Shown here piece by piece: positions 8,265 to 16,583 of a stretch of 22,456 bases of DNA (position 1 is the stretch's first letter; every line of letters begins with the position of its first letter). The notes under the pieces are model-generated. The model did not search any database and had not been told where the DNA came from. It saw only the letters and a program-made list of their open reading frames with translations. Source of the DNA: an uncultured bacterium (lineage in GTDB: Bacteria; Hydrothermota; UBA3073; NMUJ01); contig CBFDTI010000014.1 in NCBI GenBank assembly GCA_965612795.1, forward strand, positions 1 to 22,456, given 5' to 3'. Position numbers and translations under genes: made by a program.

Positions 8265-9854
8265 ATGCGTTACTTACTATTATCAATGTTTCTTGTTGCA
8301 ACCACCATCGTGGCGGTACCAGGTGATGTAGAATATAAGTTACCAACACCGGGGCCATGTCCTACGGGGTTGGCGTTTGATGGCAAATATCTATGGGTGG
8401 CGGATCGCAAAACTGACACCCTGTACGCTATAGACCCCGTAACTGGTGAGATAAATAAGGTGATACCATCGCCGGGCTATTGGCCGATGGGGTTAGCATT
8501 TGATGGCAAATACTTATGGAATGTGGATCTTGACAATAGGCTGATTTATAAGATTGAGCCCAACTCAGGCACTATAGAGGATATTATCTACTGTCCATGC
8601 GTATATCCACAAGGGCTTACATACGATGGTACCTATCTATGGGTGAGCGATAGCAAAACGGATATGATCTATAAGCTTGACACCAAGGATGGTACTGTGT
8701 TGACATCATTTGTAGCGCCAGCGTCGGCATCTACGGGGTTGGCGTTTGATGGCAAATATCTATGGGTAAGCGATCATGGTAAGGACGAGATCTATATGGT
8801 TACGAAGGATGGTGAAGTATTGCTTATCATTGCATCGCCATTCCATTACCCCTATGGGATGGCGTTTGATGGTAAGTACATATGGAGTGTTGATTACGCA
8901 GCTGATACCATCTACAGGATGCGTATCGCAGACGATGAATATTATTCCGTAAGTGATGTAAAATATGCAACTGTCGAATATACGCAGGAATTGAGGAATT
9001 ATGGGCCTGATATGGTCATGCAGCTGGATTTCTACCTCGCTATACCAGAAAATAGAATGAATCAGAAGCTGCTTGGTGAGCTGGAATTCAACCCCTATCC
9101 CACAGATTTCGTAACCGACAAGTGGGGGCAGCGGTTCGCTCATTACAGGTTTACAAACGTTAAAGTAGCGCATTCCATAAAGGTGAGCATGAAAGTGAGA
9201 GTCAAAACCTGTGACGTACGATACTATATATTACCGGATAGGGTTGGTAGCTTAAGAGATATTCCTCGTGAAATAAAAAGGAAGTGGTTGGTTGATGGGT
9301 CAAAATATCAGATACACAATCCTATCATACAAAAAGCGGTAAAAGAAGCGGTGGGTGACGAACGTAATCCGTATTGGATGATGCGTAAAATATTCAAATA
9401 TGTGGTCGACCATGTAGATTATGAGCTTGCAGGTGGTTGGGAACCTGCCCCTGTTGTGTTGCAACGTGGTAAAGGGTCGTGTTCCGAATATTCGTTCGTA
9501 TTTATCGCACTCTGTAGGGCAGCAGGCTTACCGGCAAGGTATGTGGGTGCAGTAACACGAAGGGAAGAGGATAGTTCATGGGATAGGGTGTTTCATCGGT
9601 GGACAGAGGTGTACATACCACCTTATGGCTGGATACCGGTTGATCCATCAGGTGGTGATACTCCATCACCAAGGGGGCAAGCTAACGCTATTGGGCACAT
9701 ACGTAATTGCTATCTTATAACCACAGTAGGTGGCGGTGATTCAGAATATCTGGGGTGGTCGTACAACTCAACCGCTAAACTGAAGTCGTACGGTAAGTGT
9801 GAGGTGGAGCTTGAAAAGGTTGCTGAGTGGGAGCTGTTAAAACTACAGCCTTAG
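8265..9854 (+). CDS. Secreted protein with an N-terminal beta-propeller (GLAFDGKYLWV repeats) and a C-terminal transglutaminase-like domain
   Basis: AGGAGG RBS before ATG 8265 and signal peptide MRYLLLSMFLVATTIVA. Five G[LM][AT][FY]DGxY[LI]W repeats. GSCSEYS...ALCRAAGLPARYV...HRWTEVY..PYGWIPVDP triad. Confidence 0.85.
   Translation: MRYLLLSMFLVATTIVAVPGDVEYKLPTPGPCPTGLAFDGKYLWVADRKTDTLYAIDPVTGEINKVIPSPGYWPMGLAFDGKYLWNVDLDNRLIYKIEPNSGTIEDIIYCPCVYPQGLTYDGTYLWVSDSKTDMIYKLDTKDGTVLTSFVAPASASTGLAFDGKYLWVSDHGKDEIYMVTKDGEVLLIIASPFHYPYGMAFDGKYIWSVDYAADTIYRMRIADDEYYSVSDVKYATVEYTQELRNYGPDMVMQLDFYLAIPENRMNQKLLGELEFNPYPTDFVTDKWGQRFAHYRFTNVKVAHSIKVSMKVRVKTCDVRYYILPDRVGSLRDIPREIKRKWLVDGSKYQIHNPIIQKAVKEAVGDERNPYWMMRKIFKYVVDHVDYELAGGWEPAPVVLQRGKGSCSEYSFVFIALCRAAGLPARYVGAVTRREEDSSWDRVFHRWTEVYIPPYGWIPVDPSGGDTPSPRGQANAIGHIRNCYLITTVGGGDSEYLGWSYNSTAKLKSYGKCEVELEKVAEWELLKLQP
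8362..8767 (+). repeat. 37-bp exact intragenic direct repeat (8362-8398 and 8731-8767)
   Basis: CTACGGGGTTGGCGTTTGATGGCAAATATCTATGGGT occurs twice, in propeller blades 1 and 4. Confidence 0.9.
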
Positions 9855-9932
9855 GGTATCAGGGAAAACCATCAAGTTATATTAATGGTCAGCGGGGATC
9901 GTGAAGCTCATACATTACAATATGTTTTGGCT

Positions 9933-10622
9933 CTAAGCTGGGTTGGTAAACAGCAGGGAGGTGACAAAATTGGTAAATGTCTTACCTACATAACCGTACA
10001 GGTAGATCTCTATTATGGAGCGTGGTAACCTCCCCATCCAACAGAAAAGTAAAAACTTACCCAGCGGGTAGCGAAGTACACCTGCAGCTATGCCGAGGAA
10101 ATCGAAAATAAGAAAGGGAATTATAGCGAATGTGAAAATAGCGAGCCCTCCCCATTTTTTCATCCACCTTTTTGCTGTGTTATATCTTGATGAACCTTCC
10201 ATCGTGAAGGCTATTCTTCCAGCATATCCAACATAGTAGCCGGTTATTTCACCTAAGCTGCCACCAACACCTGCTACCACACCCGCAAGTATTGGGTTTA
10301 GCTGTAAGGTAACAACAGCTGTGGCCACAACCGCTATACCGGGTAGAGGTAAAATCACAGTAGCGTTACTTAATAGGCAGATCAGGAAGATTCCCAGATA
10401 ACCGTATTTTGTGAGCTGCTTCAACGTAGGCTGTGGAACCAACCGCAGCAACAATACGGAAATGACAACAAGGACAATAATGCATAACGAAGAAAGTAGT
10501 AACTTCGGCCAACTTTTTCTACCCTCCATTAAAAACGTATTACGTAAATCCCTTAGAAATTCGTTTATCTGCATTGATGTATCAAAAACACTTTGCCCAA
10601 ATCCTTTATTACCTCCTATCAT
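9933..10622 (-). CDS. DedA/VTT (SNARE-associated Golgi) family membrane protein
   Basis: GYLGIFLICLLSNATVILPLPG, GGSLGEITGYYVGYAGR, AIIPFLIFDFLGIAAG..RYP..F motifs. The start is uncertain; ATG 10529 is an alternative. Confidence 0.85.
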   Translation of the reverse strand: MIGGNKGFGQSVFDTSMQINEFLRDLRNTFLMEGRKSWPKLLLSSLCIIVLVVISVLLLRLVPQPTLKQLTKYGYLGIFLICLLSNATVILPLPGIAVVATAVVTLQLNPILAGVVAGVGGSLGEITGYYVGYAGRIAFTMEGSSRYNTAKRWMKKWGGLAIFTFAIIPFLIFDFLGIAAGVLRYPLGKFLLFCWMGRLPRSIIEIYLYGYVGKTFTNFVTSLLFTNPA

Positions 10623-10649
10623 GTGAGATCCGATACGCCAATGTAAAGT

Positions 10650-13445
10650 CTATCTTTTAATGGTTACAGGTTGTGGGCGCCTTGCTTCTGTACCCAGTAT
10701 CCTACGTAGTACTGCAGCTGTATGTGAAGTGGGGTGTTTGGCTACCTCCTCGGGTGGGCCAGCAACTACAACTTCACCACCTTCGTCACCACCTTCGGGA
10801 CCGAGATCTATTATCCAATCCGCGTATTTTACAACCTCGGGGTTGTGTTCGATCACCACCACTGTGTTACCTCTATTCACTAATCTATCGAGTACCTTAA
10901 GCAACAGCAACACATCTTCAAAATGCAAGCCGGTCGTCGGTTCATCCAATAGATACAGCGTGTTACCCGTACCTATTTTCGATAGCTCACGTGCGAGCTT
11001 GACACGCTGTGCTTCACCACCTGATAACGTAGTGGCAGGTTGACCCAACTTTATGTAGCCTAACCCCACATCTTTAAGTAACTGTAGCTTACGTTTGATC
11101 GCAGGTATATCCTTGAAGAATTCATACGCCTCGTCTACGCTCATGTTGAGTACATCGGCGATATTTTTACCTTTGTATTTAACTTCGAGTGTCTCACGGT
11201 TGTAACGTGTACCTTTGCATACCTCACACGGTATGAATATATCAGGTAGGAAGTGCATCTCCACCCGTATAAGGCCTTCACCGCGACAGGCTTCACATCT
11301 ACCACCGGGTAGGTTGAAGCTGAACCTCGACTGCGTGTATCCGCGTTTGCGGGATTCTTTGAGCTCGGCAAAAAACTGTCGTATTGGGGTGAATGCTGAC
11401 GTGTAGGTGGCTGGGTTAGAGCGTGGTGTACGTCCGATTGGTGATTGGTCGATGTTTATCACCTTATCGATCTTATCTAAGCCGATGATCTCGTCGTATT
11501 CACCGGGTACATCACGTGAGTTATAGAAGTGACGTGCTAACGCCTTATAGAGTGTATCGTTGATAAGGCTCGACTTGCCGGATCCTGACACACCGGTGAT
11601 CACTGTGAACAAGCCCAGCGGTATCTTCACGGTGATGTTTTTCAAATTATTGTGACGTGCACCCTTTATGATAAGCCATCCCTTGTATGGGCGACGACGT
11701 TTGGTGGGTATCGGTATCTCTTTTATGCCTGCAAGGTACTGACCGGTGAGCGATTCTTTGCATTTCATTATATCGGTGGGTGTACCAGTAACTACGACGT
11801 GACCGCCTTGCTCACCGGCACCGGGGCCGAGATCTATGACCCAATCTGCTGACATTATCGTGTCACGATCGTGTTCAACAACGACTACTGTATTACCCAT
11901 ATCACGTAGGTTCTTGAGTGCATCCAACAACCTATGGTTATCACGTGGATGTAACCCAATACTGGGTTCGTCTAAGACATAGAGTACACCGACGAGGCCT
12001 GACCCTATCTGGGTGGCCAACCGTACACGTTCCTCTTCACCACCCGACAATGTATCGATACGCCTTGATAGTGTCAGGTAGCTCAACCCCACATCTATGA
12101 GGAATTTAAGCCTACGTTTGATCTCCTTGATTAGCCCCTGGGCGATTTTTGCTTTGACACCTTCGAGTTTTAACGTGTCAAAGAATTCGTACGCTTTGTC
12201 GAGCGACATGTCGGTGATTTCGGCAATATTTTTGCCTGCAATCTTTATGGATAACGCTTCGGGTCGTAATCGTGTACCGTTACATGCGGGGCATGGCTTA
12301 AACACCATGTAGCGTTCGATCTCCTCACGTATCCAGTTAGATTCAGTCTCATGGTATCGACGTAGTAGGTTACCGCGTACACCTTCGAAGAACTCATCCC
12401 CATAGAGGATGACCTTCTGTATCTTTTCGGGTAGCTTACCAAACGGCTTATGTAGGTCAACCCTATAGCGTTGACTTAAACTGTGTAGGTGCCAACGTAA
12501 CCACTTGCCGGGTGGTCCCCATGGTCTTATGGCACCCTCGTATATGTTGAGGTCGGGATTAACAACAAGCTCGGGGTCGATATCCAACGTTGTGCCCAAC
12601 CCCTTACATACCTGACATGCACCAAACGGTGAGTTGAACGAAAACAGACGTGGCTCTATCTCGCCATAGGTTACCCCACAATAGGGGCAGGAAAATTTTG
12701 TACCAAACAACAGGTCACGCTTCTGATCGACAAGATGTATGATTACCAAGCCGTTGCTTTCGTTAACTGCTATCTCGATGGAATCTGCCAACCTCGACCT
12801 TATGTCGGGTTTGATGATTAGGCGGTCGACCACTATTTCGATGTTATGTTTCTTGTTTTTATCAAGTGTTGGCACCATATCCAGCTCGTAGATGGTGCCG
12901 TCCACACGTACGCGGATGAACCCCTTACGTGCTATCTTATCGAATAGGTCACGATATTCGCCTTTCTTGCCACGGACGAGTGGCGATAGTATCATAAACT
13001 TTGTACCCATAGGAAGGTTGAGCAATTTATCCACAATCTGGTCTATGGTTTGTGAGGATATCTCCCTACCACATTTGTAGCAATAGGGTGTACCCACACG
13101 TGCAAACAACACACGCATATAGTCGTAGATTTCGGTCACCGTACCGACGATAGAACGTGGGTTCTTGGCGATCGTACGTGGCTGTATGGCGATGGCGGGA
13201 GTTAACCCCTCTATGGCATCGACATCGGGTTTTTGCATGACACCCAGGAAATGGCGTGCATAGGAGGAGAGTGACTCCACGTAGCGACGTTGTGCCTCCG
13301 CATAGAGGGTATCGAAGGCGAGTGAGGATTTACCCGAACCTGATAACCCGGTTATCACGATGAACTTGTTTTTGGGTACCTCAACCGTTATGTTCTTTAG
13401 GTTATGTACACGTGCACCTCGAATTATGATTTTGTCGCTAACCAT
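10650..13445 (-). CDS. uvrA: Excinuclease ABC subunit A
   Basis: GARVHNLKN, two Walker A motifs ([18 protein letters not shown]), CxxC zinc fingers, LSGGE signatures, LDEP Walker B motifs; 931 aa. Confidence 0.98.
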   Translation of the reverse strand: MVSDKIIIRGARVHNLKNITVEVPKNKFIVITGLSGSGKSSLAFDTLYAEAQRRYVESLSSYARHFLGVMQKPDVDAIEGLTPAIAIQPRTIAKNPRSIVGTVTEIYDYMRVLFARVGTPYCYKCGREISSQTIDQIVDKLLNLPMGTKFMILSPLVRGKKGEYRDLFDKIARKGFIRVRVDGTIYELDMVPTLDKNKKHNIEIVVDRLIIKPDIRSRLADSIEIAVNESNGLVIIHLVDQKRDLLFGTKFSCPYCGVTYGEIEPRLFSFNSPFGACQVCKGLGTTLDIDPELVVNPDLNIYEGAIRPWGPPGKWLRWHLHSLSQRYRVDLHKPFGKLPEKIQKVILYGDEFFEGVRGNLLRRYHETESNWIREEIERYMVFKPCPACNGTRLRPEALSIKIAGKNIAEITDMSLDKAYEFFDTLKLEGVKAKIAQGLIKEIKRRLKFLIDVGLSYLTLSRRIDTLSGGEEERVRLATQIGSGLVGVLYVLDEPSIGLHPRDNHRLLDALKNLRDMGNTVVVVEHDRDTIMSADWVIDLGPGAGEQGGHVVVTGTPTDIMKCKESLTGQYLAGIKEIPIPTKRRRPYKGWLIIKGARHNNLKNITVKIPLGLFTVITGVSGSGKSSLINDTLYKALARHFYNSRDVPGEYDEIIGLDKIDKVINIDQSPIGRTPRSNPATYTSAFTPIRQFFAELKESRKRGYTQSRFSFNLPGGRCEACRGEGLIRVEMHFLPDIFIPCEVCKGTRYNRETLEVKYKGKNIADVLNMSVDEAYEFFKDIPAIKRKLQLLKDVGLGYIKLGQPATTLSGGEAQRVKLARELSKIGTGNTLYLLDEPTTGLHFEDVLLLLKVLDRLVNRGNTVVVIEHNPEVVKYADWIIDLGPEGGDEGGEVVVAGPPEEVAKHPTSHTAAVLRRILGTEARRPQPVTIKR
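13211..13322 (-). repeat. Direct repeat, copy 1 (inside uvrA); partner at 21071-21182
   Basis: 112 bp, 106/112 identical to 21071-21182, offset 7860. Confidence 0.95.
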
Positions 13446-13537
13446 AATTTTATAAAGGTAGCTGAGATTTTCATCGAATCAATACCCTGGTTATTGTTCA
13501 TCTAAATGCACTCCCTTAGGCAACACTAAGAAATGCG

Positions 13538-13565
13538 TTGACTGCTTACCTTAATTCGCTATTAT
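13538..13565 (+). promoter_or_regulatory. Candidate cassette-array promoter (Pc-like)
   Basis: TTGACT-N16-TATTAT, pointing into the + strand gene array and divergent from uvrA. Confidence 0.5.
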
Positions 13566-13608
13566 TTATGGGATGGGAAACTATAGCATAAGTAAAAGAA
13601 TTAAAAGG

Positions 13609-13635
13609 AACGGTTCGTATATGAACGAGTTATAT
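13609..13635 (+). other. Candidate attI-like recombination site (array entry point)
   Basis: AACGGTTCGTATATGAACGA-G|TTATAT. GTTATATGAAATGC (13629-13642) is the 13/14 reverse complement of the left end of the next attC (GCACTTCATATAAC, 14190-14203). No full attC stem lies upstream. Confidence 0.5.
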
Positions 13636-13667
13636 GAAATGCTCGCGAAAATCAGGGAGGTAACAAA

Positions 13668-14159
13668 ATGGTGAACGTTATTGAACCGAAGAAGTACGTT
13701 GGTTATTGTGGCGTATACTGCAGAGGATGTGGTATGCTTAGGGGAAGGACGATAGCCAGAGTTGCTGAGTCGCTTAGGGAATTAATAGAGGTTTACAAAT
13801 TTGTGCATTGGGTACCTGAGCATGAACCAATAGATTTTAACTTCAAGGATTTCAAAGCAGGCATAGACTATTTTTCCGATAGCGCCAAAGGTCCCTATTG
13901 CCAAGTTCCGTGCAAGGAAGGAGGAGGAAATCCATTTTGTGAAGTACGTAAATGCGCGGAGAATAGAGGAATCGAATTTTGTTTTCAATGCACTGAGTTC
14001 CCATGCGATAAACTTTCACTTATCTTAAAAGAACACCCAGATTTGGTAAAAATCAAAGAAATTGGCATAGAAAAATGGGTGGAAGAAGAAGAAAAAAAAG
14101 CTCAAATAGGGTACGACTGCCATACAAGAAAGTACTATACAGAAGCGAAGATGAAATGA
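13668..14159 (+). CDS. DUF3795 family Cys-rich protein (cassette 1)
   Basis: YCGVYCRGC...CQVPC...CEVRKC...FCFQCTEFPC pattern; GGGAGGT RBS. Confidence 0.85.
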   Translation: MVNVIEPKKYVGYCGVYCRGCGMLRGRTIARVAESLRELIEVYKFVHWVPEHEPIDFNFKDFKAGIDYFSDSAKGPYCQVPCKEGGGNPFCEVRKCAENRGIEFCFQCTEFPCDKLSLILKEHPDLVKIKEIGIEKWVEEEEKKAQIGYDCHTRKYYTEAKMK

Positions 14160-14196
14160 AGTATCCTCATATGGTAATAGAATTTGCTCGCACTTC

Positions 14197-14284
14197 ATAT
14201 AACAGACGCATATCTGGCTACGGGCTGTCGCCCTCCGCCCAAATTCCCCTTCGGGGAACTTCAGATACGCTCAAAACGTTAGCT
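14197..14284 (+). other. attC site 1
   Basis: ATATAAC...GTTAGCT ends. Inner inverted arms GCATATCTG (14208-14216) and CAGATACGC (14262-14270). Central hairpins GGGC-tgtc-GCCC and TTCCCC-ttc-GGGGAA. 88 bp. Confidence 0.8.
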
Positions 14285-14307
14285 GACATGCCAATAAGAG
14301 GTAAAAA

Positions 14308-14336
14308 TGGACTCTTTAACTACGATAATTTAAAAT
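14308..14336 (+). promoter_or_regulatory. Cassette-internal promoter of the toxin-antitoxin pair
   Basis: TGGACT-N17-TAAAAT upstream of the MNT gene. Confidence 0.45.
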
Positions 14337-14359
14337 CGAGGATGAAATAAGATAAATAG

Positions 14360-14671
14360 GTGGCAAAAATGAAAAAAACGCTTGATAGAATAAAGGAAAT
14401 TCTTAAAAAGCACGAAAGAGAGCTGAAAGAAAAATATGGAATTAAAGAGATCGGTATTTTTGGTTCTTACTTAAGAGAAGAGGCTAAAGAAGAAAGTGAT
14501 CTCGATATTTTAGTGGAATTTAAGCATGATGCGAAGATTAGTCTTTTAGAATTTGTTGAATTGGAAAATTATCTCAGCGATTTGCTTGGGGTAAAGGTTG
14601 ATTTGGTTGAAAAATCCGCATTAAAACCAAGGATTGGCAAACGTATCTTAAGTGAGGTTGTATACGTATGA
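14360..14671 (+). CDS. Minimal nucleotidyltransferase antitoxin (MntA-like)
   Basis: IGIFGSYLR....ESDLDILVEF (GS-x10-DxD) and KVDLV motifs; ATGA overlap with the HEPN gene. Confidence 0.9.
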   Translation: MAKMKKTLDRIKEILKKHERELKEKYGIKEIGIFGSYLREEAKEESDLDILVEFKHDAKISLLEFVELENYLSDLLGVKVDLVEKSALKPRIGKRILSEVVYV

Positions 14672-14910
14672 AAAGAGAAATCGGCGACTATGTAGAGGAC
14701 ATTCTGGAGGCTATGACTAACGCTATGGAATTTACAAAAGATATGTCATACGACGAGTTCGTTAAAGACACTAAAACCGTATATGCGGTTATCAGAGCCA
14801 CAGAGATTATTGGAGAGGCGGTCAAAAATATACCGGAAGACATAAAAAAGAAGTAACCTGACATTTCTTGGAGAAGTATGGCTGGAATGAGAGATAAGGT
14901 TATACATGCC
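14668..14910 (+). pseudogene. HEPN (DUF86/HepT-like) RNase toxin, inactivated
   Basis: YAVIRATEIIGEAVKNIP, then in-frame TAA at 14854-14856 where Tyr is expected. The frame continues PDISWRSMAGMRDKVIHA (Rx4H motif), then similarity ends. Confidence 0.85.
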
Positions 14911-14938
14911 ATGCTGATGCGGGATTGGCCTTCGGGTC

Positions 14939-15020
14939 ACTTAACACGAGGGTATGTGGCTTCGCCTTCGGCTACGCCCAAACCCCGCCAAGGGGGCTTC
15001 ACATATCCCAGAGGTTGTGC
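14939..15020 (+). other. attC site 2
   Basis: ACTTAAC (RYYYAAC)...GTTGTGC ends. Inner arms GGGTATGTG (14950-14958) and CACATATCC (15000-15008). Shares the GGCTWCG...CGCCCAAA...CTTCA scaffold with attC1. 82 bp. Confidence 0.8.
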
Positions 15021-15057
15021 GAAATTGCATTAAAAAGTTACATTGGAGGTAAAAAGG

Positions 15058-15630
15058 ATGAGGAATCTTAAGGCAAAAATGTTCAACAAAAAGGCATCCG
15101 ACCCGCGAAATAAACCCCATCAGATTATTGAAACTATGGGATTGAAATCCGGTCAGATTGTCGCTGATATAGGAGCAGGTGGCGGTTATTTTACATTGAG
15201 GTTTGCTGAAATAGTGGGTGAAGATGGAAAAGTTTACGCTGTAGATACAGATGAAAAGCTTTTAGAATTCGTGAATAGTAACGCTAAACAGAAAGGATTG
15301 AATAATGTAGTTACGGTATTGGTCAAAGATAAATTGGAACTACCAAAAGAAAGTTTGGACCTTGTGTTTATGCGCAATGTGACACATCATATATCAAACC
15401 GTGTTAGTTACTTTAAGGAGCTGAAGAAATTTCTAAAGCCTTATGGCAAAGTGGTCATAATAGAATATAAGAAAGGCAAACCGTTTACATTCCGTGGAAT
15501 GTTTGGACATTATGTAACCAAGAAAGCTATTATTCGAGAAATGGAAGAAGCAGGGTATGTTTTGGAAAAAGAATTTGATTTTCTACCAGAACAACATTTT
15601 ACAATTTATTTAAATAAACAAAAGTTCTAA
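15058..15630 (+). CDS. Class I SAM-dependent methyltransferase (cassette 3)
   Basis: VADIGAGGGYFT, VYAVD, LDLVF and LKPYG motifs; GGAGGT RBS before ATG 15058. Confidence 0.9.
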   Translation: MRNLKAKMFNKKASDPRNKPHQIIETMGLKSGQIVADIGAGGGYFTLRFAEIVGEDGKVYAVDTDEKLLEFVNSNAKQKGLNNVVTVLVKDKLELPKESLDLVFMRNVTHHISNRVSYFKELKKFLKPYGKVVIIEYKKGKPFTFRGMFGHYVTKKAIIREMEEAGYVLEKEFDFLPEQHFTIYLNKQKF

Positions 15631-15670
15631 CACTTTGTAGGTGGACAACTTGAGGGTTCACATCTGAACC

Positions 15671-15752
15671 ACTCAACAGATGGTCATGTAGCTCGCTTAT
15701 GTTAATCAAAATTTGTTTGACAAGCAACTTTTACATATCCAGAACATTGATA
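15671..15752 (+). other. Degenerate attC site 3
   Basis: ACTCAAC left end, arms GGTCATGTA and TACATATCC, CAAAATT-hairpin-ACTT scaffold. The terminal GTT reads ATT (15746). Confidence 0.5.
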
Positions 15753-15770
15753 AGCTTACAGAAACGTAAC

Positions 15771-15798
15771 TTGACATGATTTGCGTTATGATTACAAT
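15771..15798 (+). promoter_or_regulatory. Sigma70-like promoter upstream of tsaA/trmO
   Basis: TTGACA-N16-TACAAT. Confidence 0.55.
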
Positions 15799-15827
15799 CC
15801 AGTGAAGAGAAACCAAATAGTAACGTC

Positions 15828-16313
15828 ATGGACGTGATAAAGTACAAGCCGATTGGGATTATTCATTCTCCATTTAAAGAACCCAAGGGGACACCCATAC
15901 AACCTACAGGTGCCAAGAATATTGATGCAACGGTTGAACTATTTCCCAAATATGTCGAGGGGTTGAAGGATCTGGAAGGCTTTTCTCACATCATTTTGAT
16001 ATATCACTTCCATTTATCCAAGCATACATCTTTAAGGGTGAAACCATATATGGATGATGAGGTACGTGGGGTGTTTGCAACACGAGCTCCAAGTAGACCA
16101 AATCCTATCGGCATATCGGTGGTGCGTCTTGTTAAGGTGGAAGGCAACATATTGCATATCCAAGATGTAGATGCCGTGGATGGAACCCCACTCTTGGACA
16201 TAAAACCCTATGTACCGGAATTCGACACAAGAGAAGTAGAGAAAATAGGATGGCTCGAGAAGAGGGTGCATAGACTTCGAGAGACAAAAGATGATGGAAG
16301 ATTCACAAAATGA
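15828..16313 (+). CDS. tsaA: tRNA (t6A37)-N6 methyltransferase TrmO/YaeB family
   Basis: KPIGIIHSPF, GLKDLEGFSHI, GVFATRAPSRPNPIG, DAVDGTPLLDIKPY. Confidence 0.93.
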   Translation: MDVIKYKPIGIIHSPFKEPKGTPIQPTGAKNIDATVELFPKYVEGLKDLEGFSHIILIYHFHLSKHTSLRVKPYMDDEVRGVFATRAPSRPNPIGISVVRLVKVEGNILHIQDVDAVDGTPLLDIKPYVPEFDTREVEKIGWLEKRVHRLRETKDDGRFTK

Positions 16314-16383
16314 TCCGGTACATTAAATGGAAGGGAGAATAGGGAATTTACAGATTTTTCGAAAAGGTTAAAGACCATGGTTA

Positions 16384-16397
16384 ACTTCATACGACAG
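16384..16397 (+). other. Possible attC left-end remnant
   Basis: ACTTCATACGACAG is 12/14 identical to the attC1 left end ACTTCATATAACAG. No right arm seen. Confidence 0.3.
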
Positions 16398-16583
16398 CGA
16401 AGATTTAGAAATTGAAATTCCGGATCAGGTAGATGATAGATGGATAGGCTTACCTATAGAAATACGGTGCCTATAATATAGTCGGGCTTGAGTATTTCTG
16501 CTGGAACTCTTTCGAACAACCATGCATTTTCCATGGCAACTTATTTTATTGACAAACTAATATTATCAGCGAAATTAACAAGG

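Noticed and set aside
13476..13499. Imperfect inverted repeat upstream of uvrA as an SOS box
   Set aside because: It matches no LexA box that I know and is weak in an A/T-rich context.
14075..14350. 91-aa ORF spanning the DUF3795 end and the following spacer
   Set aside because: It reads through attC1 and overlaps a real gene out of frame; no protein motif.
14854..14856. Programmed readthrough (Sec/Pyl) in the HEPN gene
   Set aside because: The codon is TAA at a Tyr position, and the gene is also truncated downstream.
14197..15020. attC palindromes as simple terminators or CRISPR repeats
   Set aside because: No U-tracts. They have AAC/GTT ends and cassette-end complementarity, are not identical, and are separated by whole genes; no cas genes.
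16488..16583. N-terminal extension of gdh from TTG 16488
   Set aside because: Non-homologous sequence containing promoter-like TTGACA; ATG 16584 gives a typical family length.
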